Positions 23,890-36,100 of a stretch of 40,217 nucleotides of DNA are shown in pieces (position 1 is the stretch's first letter; each line of letters starts with the position of its first letter). Origin of the DNA: Nemertoderma westbladi (Eukaryota; Animalia; Xenacoelomorpha); the NCBI GenBank assembly GCA_032718475.1, contig JAUCBJ010000155.1, forward strand, positions 1-40,217. Direction: 5' to 3'. The notes under the pieces are model-generated. The model ran no database searches. It was given only the letters and a program-made list of their open reading frames with translations, and had not been told where the DNA came from. The position numbers were made by a program, and so were the translations under genes.

Positions 23890-24246
23890 ACCCGAACATT
23901 TACAAGAGTGCTACGCCGGGTTCATTGTGTCAAGTACAATGCACACATCTCCAACCAGACACTATATAACATTGGAGGTGTTTCATTGGTTCCCCCAAGC
24001 TTGACACTAGAACAAAATCGCCTCCGCTTTGCAGGACATTGCTTTCGCCGTGAGGACCAGCCAGTGCCTAATCTTGTACTTTGGCAGCCTCATGGAGTGA
24101 ATAAGCATGGTGGACAGCCCATGACTTTCTTGAGACGCATCTTAAAGGACACTGGCCTTGAATATGCGGATGATCTAGCAAATGTCATGGGTGATAGGCA
24201 GTTGTGGCGGCGCAATTCTGACAACAAGCCGGCACAGCATTCTTAA
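23890..24246 (+). pseudogene. 3' end of an RTE-type LINE ORF
   Basis: LRRV...HISNQTLY...RLRFAGHCFRR...LVLWQP...DTGL...LANVMGDRQLWR, typical of the RTE ORF C-terminus. Confidence 0.75.
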
Positions 24247-24430
24247 AATGCAGCTGCAATGCAGCATGCCGATCCTCTCTCAGTGTCATCATAGTTCGAA
24301 TCCTTTTCAGGCTCGCACTAAGCTTACCGGCGCCACTCAGGCATTTGTCCCTTTGCACTAGGCTAGGCCTTGGCATCCAGGAACTCTACCTGGGGTCTGT
24401 ATTAAATTCTGGGAGTCCGGGCATCTGTAA

Positions 24431-24987
24431 AGGCACGGTAAGTGGCGATTTTGTGTTAATTAAAAACCGCCGTAACTATATATACTAATTTATTAGAGTT
24501 TATGTATTTTATACATGCCCGGCACTGTGTTTGAGAGTAATGCTAACAATAACAAGTTACAAGTCACTTCTTCGAAATAATTTAGTTTCCTCCGCCGAAG
24601 GCATTCCCCTTCGACCAATGATAATTGAGTATGTAGACCCACCAAGCGCCACACGTCGGTATCTTACAGCGCCTTTTGTAGCACGTACTCTGACGCCTTT
24701 TCAGGCTCGTACTTACTCTGACCAGAGCACTGCTCGGGCGGTGCTCGGGTTGATTATAAAACCTATGTCACATAAAACGGCCTAAATACTTGTTTTTTCA
24801 TTTGTTATAAATTATATTTTTCATTTTGAAAATTTCTGGTGACTAAAATGACTTTTTTTTGTTCCACGTTTGAGACACGGACTATATTAATTTCCATAAA
24901 AATTTCAAGCCATTCTTTTGAACGAATTCCCCAGAAAAGGTACATAAGCTGAATAAGTCCTATGTCTGTATTTACATTATCGTGCCC
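24431..24987. mobile_element. Non-autonomous Kolobok-like DNA element
   Basis: Imperfect TIRs AGGCACGGTAA / TTATCGTGCCC flanked by GTAA and TTAA; purine-purine start; no convincing ORF. Confidence 0.5.
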
Positions 24988-25862
24988 TTAAGTGGCATAT
25001 CCTACCTCTAATAACAGCGGACCTACCGGCCCCAAGTATGTTAGAGTGAAACAGGAGGGAAGTACAAATAAATATATACAGTATTCAGCTCGAGTATTGC
25101 TCCGTAGTGTAATTAATTAAATGATTTGGAGTGTAGCTGTTAATGCAATTGTAATTAAAGGTGAGGTGTAATATTATGGTTTTGTTCAGAAATCGAAGAA
25201 AATAAGGAAGTACGTCACCGGGGGTTGAACCAGCGCCTTAGCTAAGGTTGATTTATGCAATCAGCCCCCGGTCAACAACATCAAGTCAAGTAAATAAAGT
25301 TAAGTCATTGCAATTATAATTAATTAATTTATATTGTAAATATTAACCAAACATAAACCCGTAACCATATAACATATAAACTGGTAACATATAGCAGTTG
25401 TGTTTAATGAATCATATAGAACTGTAGACCAAGGTACATAGTATCTCTTCTACAACTCATTGGGAATTCAAACTGCAAAATAAATAATAAAAACGTTAAA
25501 ATAAATAATTTTATAGTAAATAAAACATATTTATTCAGGAACTACAGTATTATTAATCAGGAACTTTTCACCCAAATATAATATATCGTATTTTTTATTT
25601 ATTTACCATAGAAATGTTATACGAAATACTTTAAAGCAACCATATAGCAGAATATTTAATAGAGATGGTGATGGAGGTCATTAGGAATTTAGTAAAATAA
25701 AATTAAATGTTTCATATTAAATTTTTAACACATTGCGTTTCCTACCCGCGGTAAGTGGTTTTACTCAGTAGAATAAAAATTAATTTTATAATTAAATGTA
25801 AAAGTTAGTTTCCAAGGCTACTAGGAATTATTTAGTAATTTTATATAAAACTTACAGTTTTA

Positions 25863-26510
25863 CTAAATCCAAATCTTCATTTCAACTCGAGAAGCCGGAT
25901 TCCATTCAGTAAAATCATACCAAAAAGGTCCTGTCCCATCCTTCCCACCATATTCTCCGTTCAAGTGACTGAGTGGGCAGTTGTTGTACCACCACGCCCC
26001 AGTTCGAAATACGGCGCAGTTGCCGGAGTCCCTCCCGTCATTATTGCGGTCCTTGGTAGAGAATGGCTCACCGTTGGCATAAGCCAATGATTCACCAGCA
26101 GTACCATGGTAACCGGATACATGTAGGCGATAATTAGTTGCAGCTGATCCGATAGAGAAGTTATCGTATACCGCGTATTTGTGTTCGTTGGTGTAATCCT
26201 TGTTGTAATACTGCCACCACTCATCCCCCTCTTTCCCCCTTTTTATTATTTCAAACCCCCTTCCAGTGAACCACAAATCGACTCTCAACTTCACCCCGCC
26301 TTTACTCAGCTTGTGGATCGCCTCCAACCCCAACCAAAAATTGGTATTCGGGTCGCCAAATCCTTCAACATATTCATCCCAGATTCGATAGAAGTCAACA
26401 GATCCATCAACTCTTTGTTGAATCCTTATCCCCTGAACCCCTATCAGATGGCCGTAAATATTGTTTAACGCGTTTTGGACGGTTACCAGATCTTGGTCAT
26501 GGTCATTATC
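25863..26510 (-). CDS. Fibrinogen-related domain (FReD; ficolin/FIBCD1-like) gene, last exon
   Basis: Acceptor TTGTTTTAG at 26511-26519. Open frame DNDHDQ...IQQRVDGSVDFYRIWDEYVEGFGDPNTNFWLGLEAIHKL...AVYDNFSIG...YRLHVSGYHGTAGESL...FSTKDRNND...NCA...GAWWYNNCPLSHLNG...VEMKI. Confidence 0.92.
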   Translation of the reverse strand, partial: DNDHDQDLVTVQNALNNIYGHLIGVQGIRIQQRVDGSVDFYRIWDEYVEGFGDPNTNFWLGLEAIHKLSKGGVKLRVDLWFTGRGFEIIKRGKEGDEWWQYYNKDYTNEHKYAVYDNFSIGSAATNYRLHVSGYHGTAGESLAYANGEPFSTKDRNNDGRDSGNCAVFRTGAWWYNNCPLSHLNGEYGGKDGTGPFWYDFTEWNPASRVEMKIWI

Positions 26511-26616
26511 CTAAAACAATAAATATTGCGTAACTTGAGATTATTTATCTATTAATTCGAAAATATTTTTGTTTTTATCACCATTAGATAAAATACGAAG
26601 CAATTTAGCAGAGGTA

Positions 26617-29600
26617 TAGGCTTACTCACACATTTATTTAACAAAGGCTGGTAGGCTTACTCACATTTATTTAACATAGGCTGGTAGGCTTACTCACACA
26701 TTTATTTAACAAAGGCTGGTAGGCTTACTCACACATTTATTTAACAAAGGCTGGTAGGCTTACTCACACATTTATTTAACAAAGGCTGGTAGGCTTACAA
26801 ACACATTTATTTAACAAAGGATGGTAGGCTTACTCACACATTTATTTAACAAAGGCTGGTAGGCTTACTCACACATTTATTTAACAAAGGCTGGTAGGCT
26901 TACTCACACATTTATTTAACAAAGGCTGGTAGGCATACTCACACATTTATTTAACAAAGGCTTACTCACACATTTATTTAACAAAAGCTGGTAGGCTTAC
27001 TCACACATTTATTTAACAAAGGCTGGTAGGCTTACTCACACATTTATTTAACAAAGGCTGGTAGGCTTACTCACACATTTATTTAACAAAGGCTGGTAAG
27101 CTTACTCACACATTTATTTAACAAAGGCTGGTAGGCTTACTCGCACATTTATTTAACAAAGGCTGGTAGGCTTACTCACACATTTATTTAACAAAGGCTG
27201 GTAGGCTTACTCACACATTTATTTAACAAGGTAAATGCTGGTAGGCTTACTCACACATTTATTTAACAAAGGCTGGTAGGCTTACTCACACATTTATTTA
27301 ACAAAGGCTGGTAGACTTACTCACACATTTATTTAACAAAGGCTGGTAGGCTTACTCACACATTTATTTAACAAAGGCTGGTAGGCTTACTCATACATTT
27401 ATTTAACAAAGGCGGGTAGGCTTACTCACACATTTATTTAACAAAGGCTGGTAGGCTTACTCGCACATTTATTTAACAAAGGCTGGTAGGCTTACTCGCA
27501 CATTTATTTAACAAAGGCTGGTAGGCTTACTCACACATTTATTTAACAAAGGCTGGTAGGCTTACTCACACATTTATTTAACAAAGGCTGGTAGGCTTAC
27601 TCACACATTTATTTAACAAAGGCTGCTAGGCTTACTCACACATTTATTTAACAAAGGCTGGTAGGCTTACTCACACATTTATTTAACAAAGGCTGGTAGG
27701 CTTACTCACACATTTATTTAACAAAGGCTGGTAGGCTTACTCACACATTTATTTAACAAGGTAAAGGCTGGTAGGCTTACTCACACATTTATTTAACAAA
27801 GGCTGGTAGACTTACTCACACATTTATTTAACAAAGGCTGGTAGGCTTACTCACACATTTATTTAACAAAGGCTGGTAGGCTTAGTCACACATTTATTTA
27901 ACAAAGGCTGGTAGGCTTACTCACACATTTATTTAACAAAGGCTGGTAGGCTTACTCACACATTTATTTAACAAGGTAGGTAGGCTTACTCACACATTTA
28001 TTTAAAAAAGGCTGGTAGGCTTACTCACACATTTATTTAACAAAGGCTGGTAGGCTTACTCACACATTTATTTAACAAGGTTGGTAGGCTTACTCACACA
28101 TTTATTTAACAAGGCTGGTAGGCTTACTCACACATTTATTTAACAAAGGCTGGTAGGCTTACTCACACATTTATTTAACAAAGGCTGGTAGGCTTACTCA
28201 CACATTTATTTAACAAGGCTGGTAGGCTTACTCACACATTTATTTAACAAAGGCAGGTAGGCTTACTCGCACATTTATTTAACAAAGGATGGTAGGCGTA
28301 CTCACACATTTATTTAACAAGCTGGTAGGCTTACTCACACATTTATTTAATAAGGCTGGTAGGCTTACTCGAACATTTATTTAACAAAGGCTGGTAGGCT
28401 TACTCACACATTTATTTAACAAAGGCTGGTAGGCTTACTCACACATTTATTTAACAAAGGCTGGTAGGCTTACTCACACATTTATTTAACAAAGGCTGGT
28501 AGGCTTACTCACACATTTATTTAACAAGCTGGTAGGCTTACTCACACATTTATTAAACAAAGGCCGGTAGGCTTACTCGCACATTTATTTAACAAAGGAT
28601 GGTAGGCTTACTCACACATTTATTTAACAAAGGCTGGTAGGCTTACTCACACATTTATTTAACAAAGGATGGTAGGCTTACTCACACATTTATTTAACAA
28701 AGGCTGCTAGGCTTACTCATACATTTATTTAACAAAGGCTGGTAGGCTTACTCACACATTTATTTAACAAAGGCTGGTAGGCTTACTCGCACATTTATTT
28801 AACAAGGCTGGTAGGCTTACTCACACATTTATTTAACAAAGGCTGGTAGGCTTACTCACACATTTATTTAACAAAGGCTGGTAGGCTTACTCACACATTT
28901 ATGTAACAAAGGCTGGTAGGCTTACTCACACATTTATTTAACAAAGGCTGGTAGGCTTACTCACACATTTATTTAACAAAGGCTGGTAGGCTTACTCACA
29001 CATTTATTTAACAAAGGCTGGTAGGCTTACTCACACATTTATTTAACAAGCTGGTAGGCTTACTCACACATTTATTTAACAAAGGCTGGTAGGCTTACTC
29101 GCACATTTATTTAACAAAGGATGGTAGGCTCACTCGCACATTTATTTAAAAAAGGCTGGTAGGCTTACTCGCACATTTATTTAACAAAGGCTGGTAGGCT
29201 TACTCGCACATTTATTTAACAAAGGCTGGTAGGCTTACTCACACATTTATTTAACAATGTAAAGGCTGAGAGACTTACTTACACATTTATTTAACAAAGG
29301 CTGGTAGGCTTACTCACACATTTATTTAACAAAGGCTGGTAGACTTACTCGCACATTTATTTAACAAAGGCTGGTAGGCTTACTCACACATTTATTTAAC
29401 AAAGGCTGGTAGGCTTACTCGCACATTTATTTAACAAAGGCTGGTAGGCTTACTCACACATTTATTTAACAAAGGCTGGTAGGCTTACTCGCACATTTAT
29501 TTAACAAAGGCTGGTAGGCTTACTCACACATTTATTTAACAAGGTAAAGGCTGTTAGACTTACTCACACATTTATTTAACAAAGGCTGGTAGGCTTACTC

Positions 29601-32012
29601 ACACATTTATTTAACAAGGTAAAGGCTGGTAGGCTTACTCACACATTTATTTAACAAAGGCTGGTAGGCTTACTCACCCATTTATTTAACAAAGGCTGGT
29701 AGACTTACTCACACATTTATTTAACAAAGGCTGGTAGGCTTACTCACACATTTATTTAACAAGGTAAAGTCTGGTAGGCTTACTCACACATTTATTTAAC
29801 AAAGGCTGGTAGGCTTACTCACACATTTATTTAACAAGCTGGTAGGCTTACTCGCACATTTATTTAACAAAGGCTGGTAGGCTTACTCGCACATTTATTT
29901 AACAAAGGCTGGTAGGCTTACTCGCACATTTATTTAACAAAGGCTGGTAGGCTTACTCACACATTTATTTAACAAAGGCTGGTAGGCTTACTCAAACATT
30001 TATTTAACAAAGGCTGGTAGGCTTACTCACACATTTATTTAATAAAGGCTGCTGGTAGGCTTACTCACACATTTATTTAACAAAGGCTGGTAGACTTACT
30101 CACACATTTATTTAACAAAGGCTGGTAGGCTTACTCACACATTTATTTAACAAAGGCTGGTAGGCTTACTCGCACATTTATTTAACAAGGTAGGTAGGCT
30201 TACTCACATATTTATTTAACATGCTGGTAGGCTTACTCACACATTTATTTAACAAAGGCTGGTAGGCTTACTCGCACATTTATTTAACAAAGGCTGGTAG
30301 GCTTACTCGCACATTTATTTAACAAAGGCTGGTAGGCTTACTCACACATTTATTTAACAAAGGCTGGTAGGCTTACTCACACATTTATTTAACAAGGTAA
30401 AGGCTGGTAGGCTTACTCACACATTTATTTAACAAAGGCTGGTAGGCTTACTCACACATTTATTTAACAAAGGCTGGTAGACTTACTCACACATTTATTT
30501 AACAAAGGCTGGTAGGCTTACTCACACATTTAACAAAGGCTGGTAGGCTTACTCACACATTTATTTAACAAAGGCGGGTAGGCTTACTCACACATTTATT
30601 TAACAAAGGCTGGTAGGCTTACTCGCACATTTATTTAACAAAGGCTGGTAGGCTTACTCGCAGATTTATTTAACAAAGGCTGGTAGGCTTACTCGCACAT
30701 TTATTTAACAAAGGCTGCTAGGCTTACTCATACATTTATTTAACAAAGGCTGGTAGGCTTACTCACACATTTATTTAACAAAGGCTGGTAGGCTTACTCA
30801 CACATTTATTTAACAAAGGCTGGTAGGCTTACTCACACATTTATTTAACAAAGGCTGCTAGGCTTACTCACACATTTATTTAACAAAGGCTGGTAGGCTT
30901 ACTCACACATTTATTTAACAAAGGCTGGTAGGCTTACTCACACATTTATTTAACAAAGGCTGCTAGGCTTACTCACACATTTATTTAACAAAGGCTGGTA
31001 GGCATACTCACACATTTATTTAACAAAGGCTGGTAGGCTTACTCACACATTTATTTAACAAAGGCTGGTAGGCTTACTCACACATTTATTTAACAAGGTA
31101 AAGGCTGGTAGGCTTACTCACACATTTATTTAACAAAGGCTGGTAGGCTTACTCACACATTTATTTAACAAAGGCTGGTAGGCTTACTCACACATTTATT
31201 TAACAAGGTAAAGGCTGGTAGGCTTACTCACACATTTATTTAACAAAGGCTGGTAGACTTACTCACACATTTATTTAACAAAGGCTGGTAGGCTTACTCA
31301 CACATTTATTTAACAAAGGCTGGTAGACTTACTCACACGTTTATTTAACAAAGGCTGGTAGGCTTACTCACACATTTATTTAACAAAGGCTGGTAGGCTT
31401 ACTCACACATTTATTTAACAAAGGCTGGTAGGCTTACTCACACATTTATTTAACAAAGGATGGTAGGCTTACTCACACATTTATTTAACAAGGTAGGTAG
31501 GCTTACTCACACATTTATTTAAAAAAGGCTGGTAGGCTTACTCACACATTTATTTAACAAAGGCTGGTAGGCTTACTCACACATTTATTTAATAAGGTTG
31601 GTAGGCTTACTCACACATTTATTTAACAAGGCTGGTAGGCTTACTCACACATTTATTTAACGAAGGCTGGTAGGCTTACTCACACATTTATTTAACAAAG
31701 GCTGGTAGGATTACTCACACATTTATTTAACAAGGCTGGTAGGCTTACTCACACATTTATTTAACAAAGGCAGGTAGGCTTACTCGCACATTTATTTAAC
31801 AAAGGATGGTAGGCTTACTCACACATTTATTTAACAAGCTGGTAGGCTTACTCACACATTTATTTAACAAGGTTGGAAGGCTTACTCGCACATTTATTTA
31901 ACAAAGGCTGGTAGGCTTACTCACACATTTATTTAACAAAGGCTGGTAGGCTTACTCACACATTTATTTAACAAGGCTGGTAGGCTTACTCACACAATTA
32001 TTTAACAATGGC
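26617..32012. repeat. 35-bp tandem array (~150 copies) inside FReD intron 2
   Basis: Unit GGCTGGTAGGCTTACTCACACATTTATTTAACAAA (for example starting at 27551, 27586, 27621), with recurrent point and indel variants. Head-to-tail with no unique spacers. Confidence 0.98.
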
Positions 32013-32068
32013 TTTGATGGATCAAGTGGGGGTCTTTTGGTTGTAGTTAGGTCTACATACTCATTTAT
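31994..32068 (-). CDS. FReD gene exon 2 (INEYVDLTTTKRPPLDPSKPLLNNC)
   Basis: 75 bp, phase 0 at both ends, acceptor TTCCACCAAAG and donor TGT|GTGAGT. Splices in frame to the exon at 26510 and supplies a Cys where the FReD normally begins. Confidence 0.7.
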
Positions 32069-32432
32069 CTTTGGTGGAATAATTAATTAATTAATTAATT
32101 AATCTAAATTATTTAGAAAAAGTGACTTTTATATATTATTATTATTATCGTGTAATTTGATGAACTCTGTAGTTTCATTCATTGTCTTTAATCAAATAGA
32201 ATTGATATTAATGGAGTAAAACGTGCACCGCACAATAAAATCTGACAGTTATATATAGTAGGTTAGTTATAGTTACATAGAGAAATGGCGATACATAATA
32301 AACAATTATTGTACATATTATTACACGAGAAGCTGGTTACTAATATCCCATTAATTAGGTCAGGTAAATTACCGTTGTTGTAATAAAATAAGTCATAGAG
32401 GTATAAAAAGCATCGATGATGAGTACATAAAC

Positions 32433-32480
32433 CTGTATTTTAGTAGTAGAAATAAAGAAAACTGCACCAATCGCCATCAT
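32433..32480 (-). CDS. FReD gene candidate exon 1 (MMAIGAVFFISTTKIQ, signal-peptide-like)
   Basis: Hydrophobic ATG-initiated 16-codon stretch ending CAG|GTTTAT in phase 0, compatible with exon 2. Confidence 0.45.
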
Positions 32481-33156
32481 TAAAATAACCACATATCGGT
32501 GTCATATAAGTATAGATAGTGATGGTAAGGTTATAGATAACGCATTGACGGCATATATTGTGTATGTATGGGGAAAGTCAAACATTAGTACGGTGCCACA
32601 AATAATATATTAGTCCCACGGTATTAATTCATTCATTCATTTCTTTTAATCAAGTAAAATCGATATAGCACAGATTATTGGGTCATAAAATATATACAGG
32701 GATTACACAAAAGCAGCAATAAAATACGTGACGCAACATAGATAAAATCAATGTGAACTTTACAAACTTTGGAATAAAACAGTGTTCAGTTTGAAATAAA
32801 GGCTGTACATGTTATAAATTCATAGGTGTAGTCGTTCGTGATAATTGTACAACGTAATTAATATTCCGAGAGATGTGTTCTAAGCGGTAAATCACAAAAT
32901 ACTACAGCGGGTCCAAGGTCAAAGGTCAATCACCCCAGCAACAGTCAGTTTAGAGGTCTCCATGATCTAAGTGCAAGTACGCGAGCGAGACGTAGAAAAG
33001 ATCAGCATATGGTGCAAGCTACGTGCTTCCCACCTTTCCCTTGGATGTAATTAAGGTTACAGCCCGTAGGAGCTCCGGTGGAACCCGGTGAAATGCTCAG
33101 CAATGCCGAGATGAGGTCAGTGAAATGCTATTTAGATCCCGTGCTGTGATGGTAAC

Positions 33157-36100
33157 TCAGACGATATTGAAGTATTGAGTAATCCTATTGTGTTTGTCTT
33201 TGAATGATATGTTCTTGAGATTGTAACATTCCTCGATGTACCTGGCATTAATGCATTCGATGGTCGTGAGGGTTCCCAATTTAATTCTCGCTTTCAATTC
33301 TTTAACACCATAGCTGTGTTGTAGAAGGGAACTTAAACTTGGCATTGCGAACTCTAGATTGCAGCGGTTGTACAAACTACCAATACCTACGTATCTCTTC
33401 ATAGTGTCCATAGTGTTGATTTGCAGCATATTGCGAAGGTTGTACTGTAGATTTGGATTAAGACAGGATGTTAGTCGACATAAAATTCCGATACAGGATG
33501 TAAAGGCATCGAAAGCAAGTGGTTGGCACCCCATTAAGCTGTATATCACCTGATTCGAAGCGTATGTTCCAAGATGGAGTAGGCCCCTTAGTGTTTTCCG
33601 GTAATAAATCTCAAGTTTCTCAATCTCGGTCTTTGTTAAGCGCCCTATCAGGAATTTTGCGTTGTATAGTATTATAGGGAGTGCAACAGACCTCCACAGG
33701 TGAGCGAGAGTAGTGGTATTGAGCCACCTGACGGTCCATGCGTTCCGGTGAAAAGATTCAGAGGCCATGGCGATTAGACGGATACACTCAGCGAGAGGAT
33801 TGGGTCGCCAGAATTCTAGCTTGTATCCAAGGAATAGTAGCATAGATTGCCCTGGTATGAGTGTGTTCTTAATAGTGATGAAGGTAGGGATGCTGACGTT
33901 ACTAACGTTGGTTTTGCTGGGGGCACAGTAAGTCCATTTAGTTTTACTACTCGCAATATCCAGATGTATATTCCGCAGATTGTCGATGATGATGGATAGG
34001 ATTCTTTCGAGGTCCTCTGGATTTCTTGCCAGCACTAATATGTCGTCGGCGTACGCAATAATATCCATCCAATTGCTCCCAGCTGTATGTTTGTACCCAG
34101 CAGAGTCCAGTGCGTGAAAGACGTCACTCAGATAAAAGTTGAATAAGACTGGCGAGATGTTGGATCCTTGTTTGACACCCTTCAGTATAGGTATACCTGA
34201 GCAGCTGATCTCATCACCAAATTTAAGAAACACCAACGTTTTACTGTAGTATCTAAGCAGTGAGAGGCACGTGTGAGGGTTGATGTAACGGCTTAATTTC
34301 TGGAATAAAATAAGATGATCCACGTTGTCGAATGCCGACGCTATATCAACTTGACAGAGAAAAACGGGCAGACCACGCTGTCTTTGGAGTTCCAGACATT
34401 CCAGTAGGGAGGAGATTATGACGTCGGAACCAAGCTTCTTCTGGTATGCAAGTTGAGATGGATGAGATAAGATCTGGGTTGATAGGAACTCGTTCAGAAT
34501 CAGGGATTCATAGACTTTAGCCAACAGATTGACTGTCGCAATTGGTCGGTAGGACGATGCTAGAAGTGGGTCCCGCAACTTTCCCTTGTGGATATTAGTG
34601 ATAATGGTGAGACCGAAGGTGTCAGGTACGTTTCCTAATCTGAAACACGCGTTGATGACATCACTGAGAATTGGACAGATCAGGTCCGGGTCAAGGTTAT
34701 TAACATGTTCAATAACTAGAGAATGAAGATCAGGTGATTTACCCAGGGACAAAGCTTTGACTGCTCTTTGTATAGCTGCAGGGGAAATTATAGGAGCCGC
34801 CGTGGTCTTGCATTGCTTCTCCAGGTCCTGAACGAGTTGCTCGATAGATGTGCTGTCGGATATGTTGCTAGTATTTAAGAAGTTATCTCTAATTTTGTTT
34901 TGAACCGCAGATGGAATAGTTTGGGAATTCTTAGGGTTGAAGGACCGCCAGAATTGCTTAGGGTTAGTCCTAAGTATGCCCGCCTTAGAATTTACTTGGT
35001 TTGCGACCAGATTCTTGGACAGCCAGTTTCTTGTGCGCCGTAGGGATCTCTTTGAATCTTTATATGCACTCCCTATTTCGCTGTCCGCTGGCTTTCCCTC
35101 TTTTGCCCAGACTTTATATAACTTCCTAGTAGTTAGGGATAGCAGATGCAGGGGCCCCGACCGAATTCTGAGGTTCTTAGTTAGTTTGCGGCGTTTTGCA
35201 ATAGGTATTTCCCTGACAGCGGCATCATAAAGTATACCCTGCAGTTGGTTAACTATACAGTCCAGATCTTCGTAGGTCCAATGTAATGGATGAGTATAAG
35301 TGGGTGACAATTTATCGAGCTTCTGTATTTCAGACTCCACAGTTTTGTTGTATTCAGCCAGCTGTTCGGTGGTGGCTCTATTCCAGGCAAACCTCACCGT
35401 GCGTGTGTGATGGACTGTTGGTGTACGTTTCGGGCTCGCGCTGCCCTGAAGTGGGAACATGAAGTTTGAGGATACGGGAACATGATCTGACAGGTTCAAT
35501 GGGTTTACGTCCATAACCAGCCCATTGCTGAAAAATGAGGCTCCTGTGGGTGAGGTAATTACATGGTCAATGTAGGAGTTCCCCCAGTGCCCTCGATATG
35601 TGGTCGTTGGACCACCTGTCTTTTCAATGGTGTCCACTACATGTAGACCATTTTCCAGAATGAAGTCATTTAGTCGCAGACCTCGTGGTGTGGCTGAAGT
35701 CCGAGAGAAGCGTGGACCTTGAAGGGGGCCAAAGTCGGCGTTAGTATCAGCTAAGATAATGGGAATTGCGTCATTGTGGCTCAGGATGGTAGCAGATAGT
35801 CTACCGAGAAAGTCTTCAAAGTAACTGATATCTTTGCCAGCATCAGGCGCGTAGCATGAAAGAATCAGAAGGGGTGTTCTGTAGCCAGTAATATGAGCCC
35901 TGACACCCACTATGTTGTCACCAGATACCACTACAGTAGCGTCATGAAACTTTCCCCTCCTGAACCATAGACCGACACCACCAGCACCACGCACTCTATT
36001 GGGATTGTTCATTAAGGAGCTAACTGTATGTACACATTTAAAATCACGATTGAAGTCAGATAGGAGTTCTTTGCTTTCAATTGCGTCCAACCAGTGTTCC

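Noticed and set aside
24285-24420. tRNA or tRNA-derived SINE (GTTCGAATCC B-box-like motif at ~24295)
   Set aside because: No A box at suitable spacing and no cloverleaf could be built.
26617-32012. CRISPR array (35-bp repeat length)
   Set aside because: Units are head-to-tail with no unique spacers, there are no cas genes, and the context is a eukaryotic intron.
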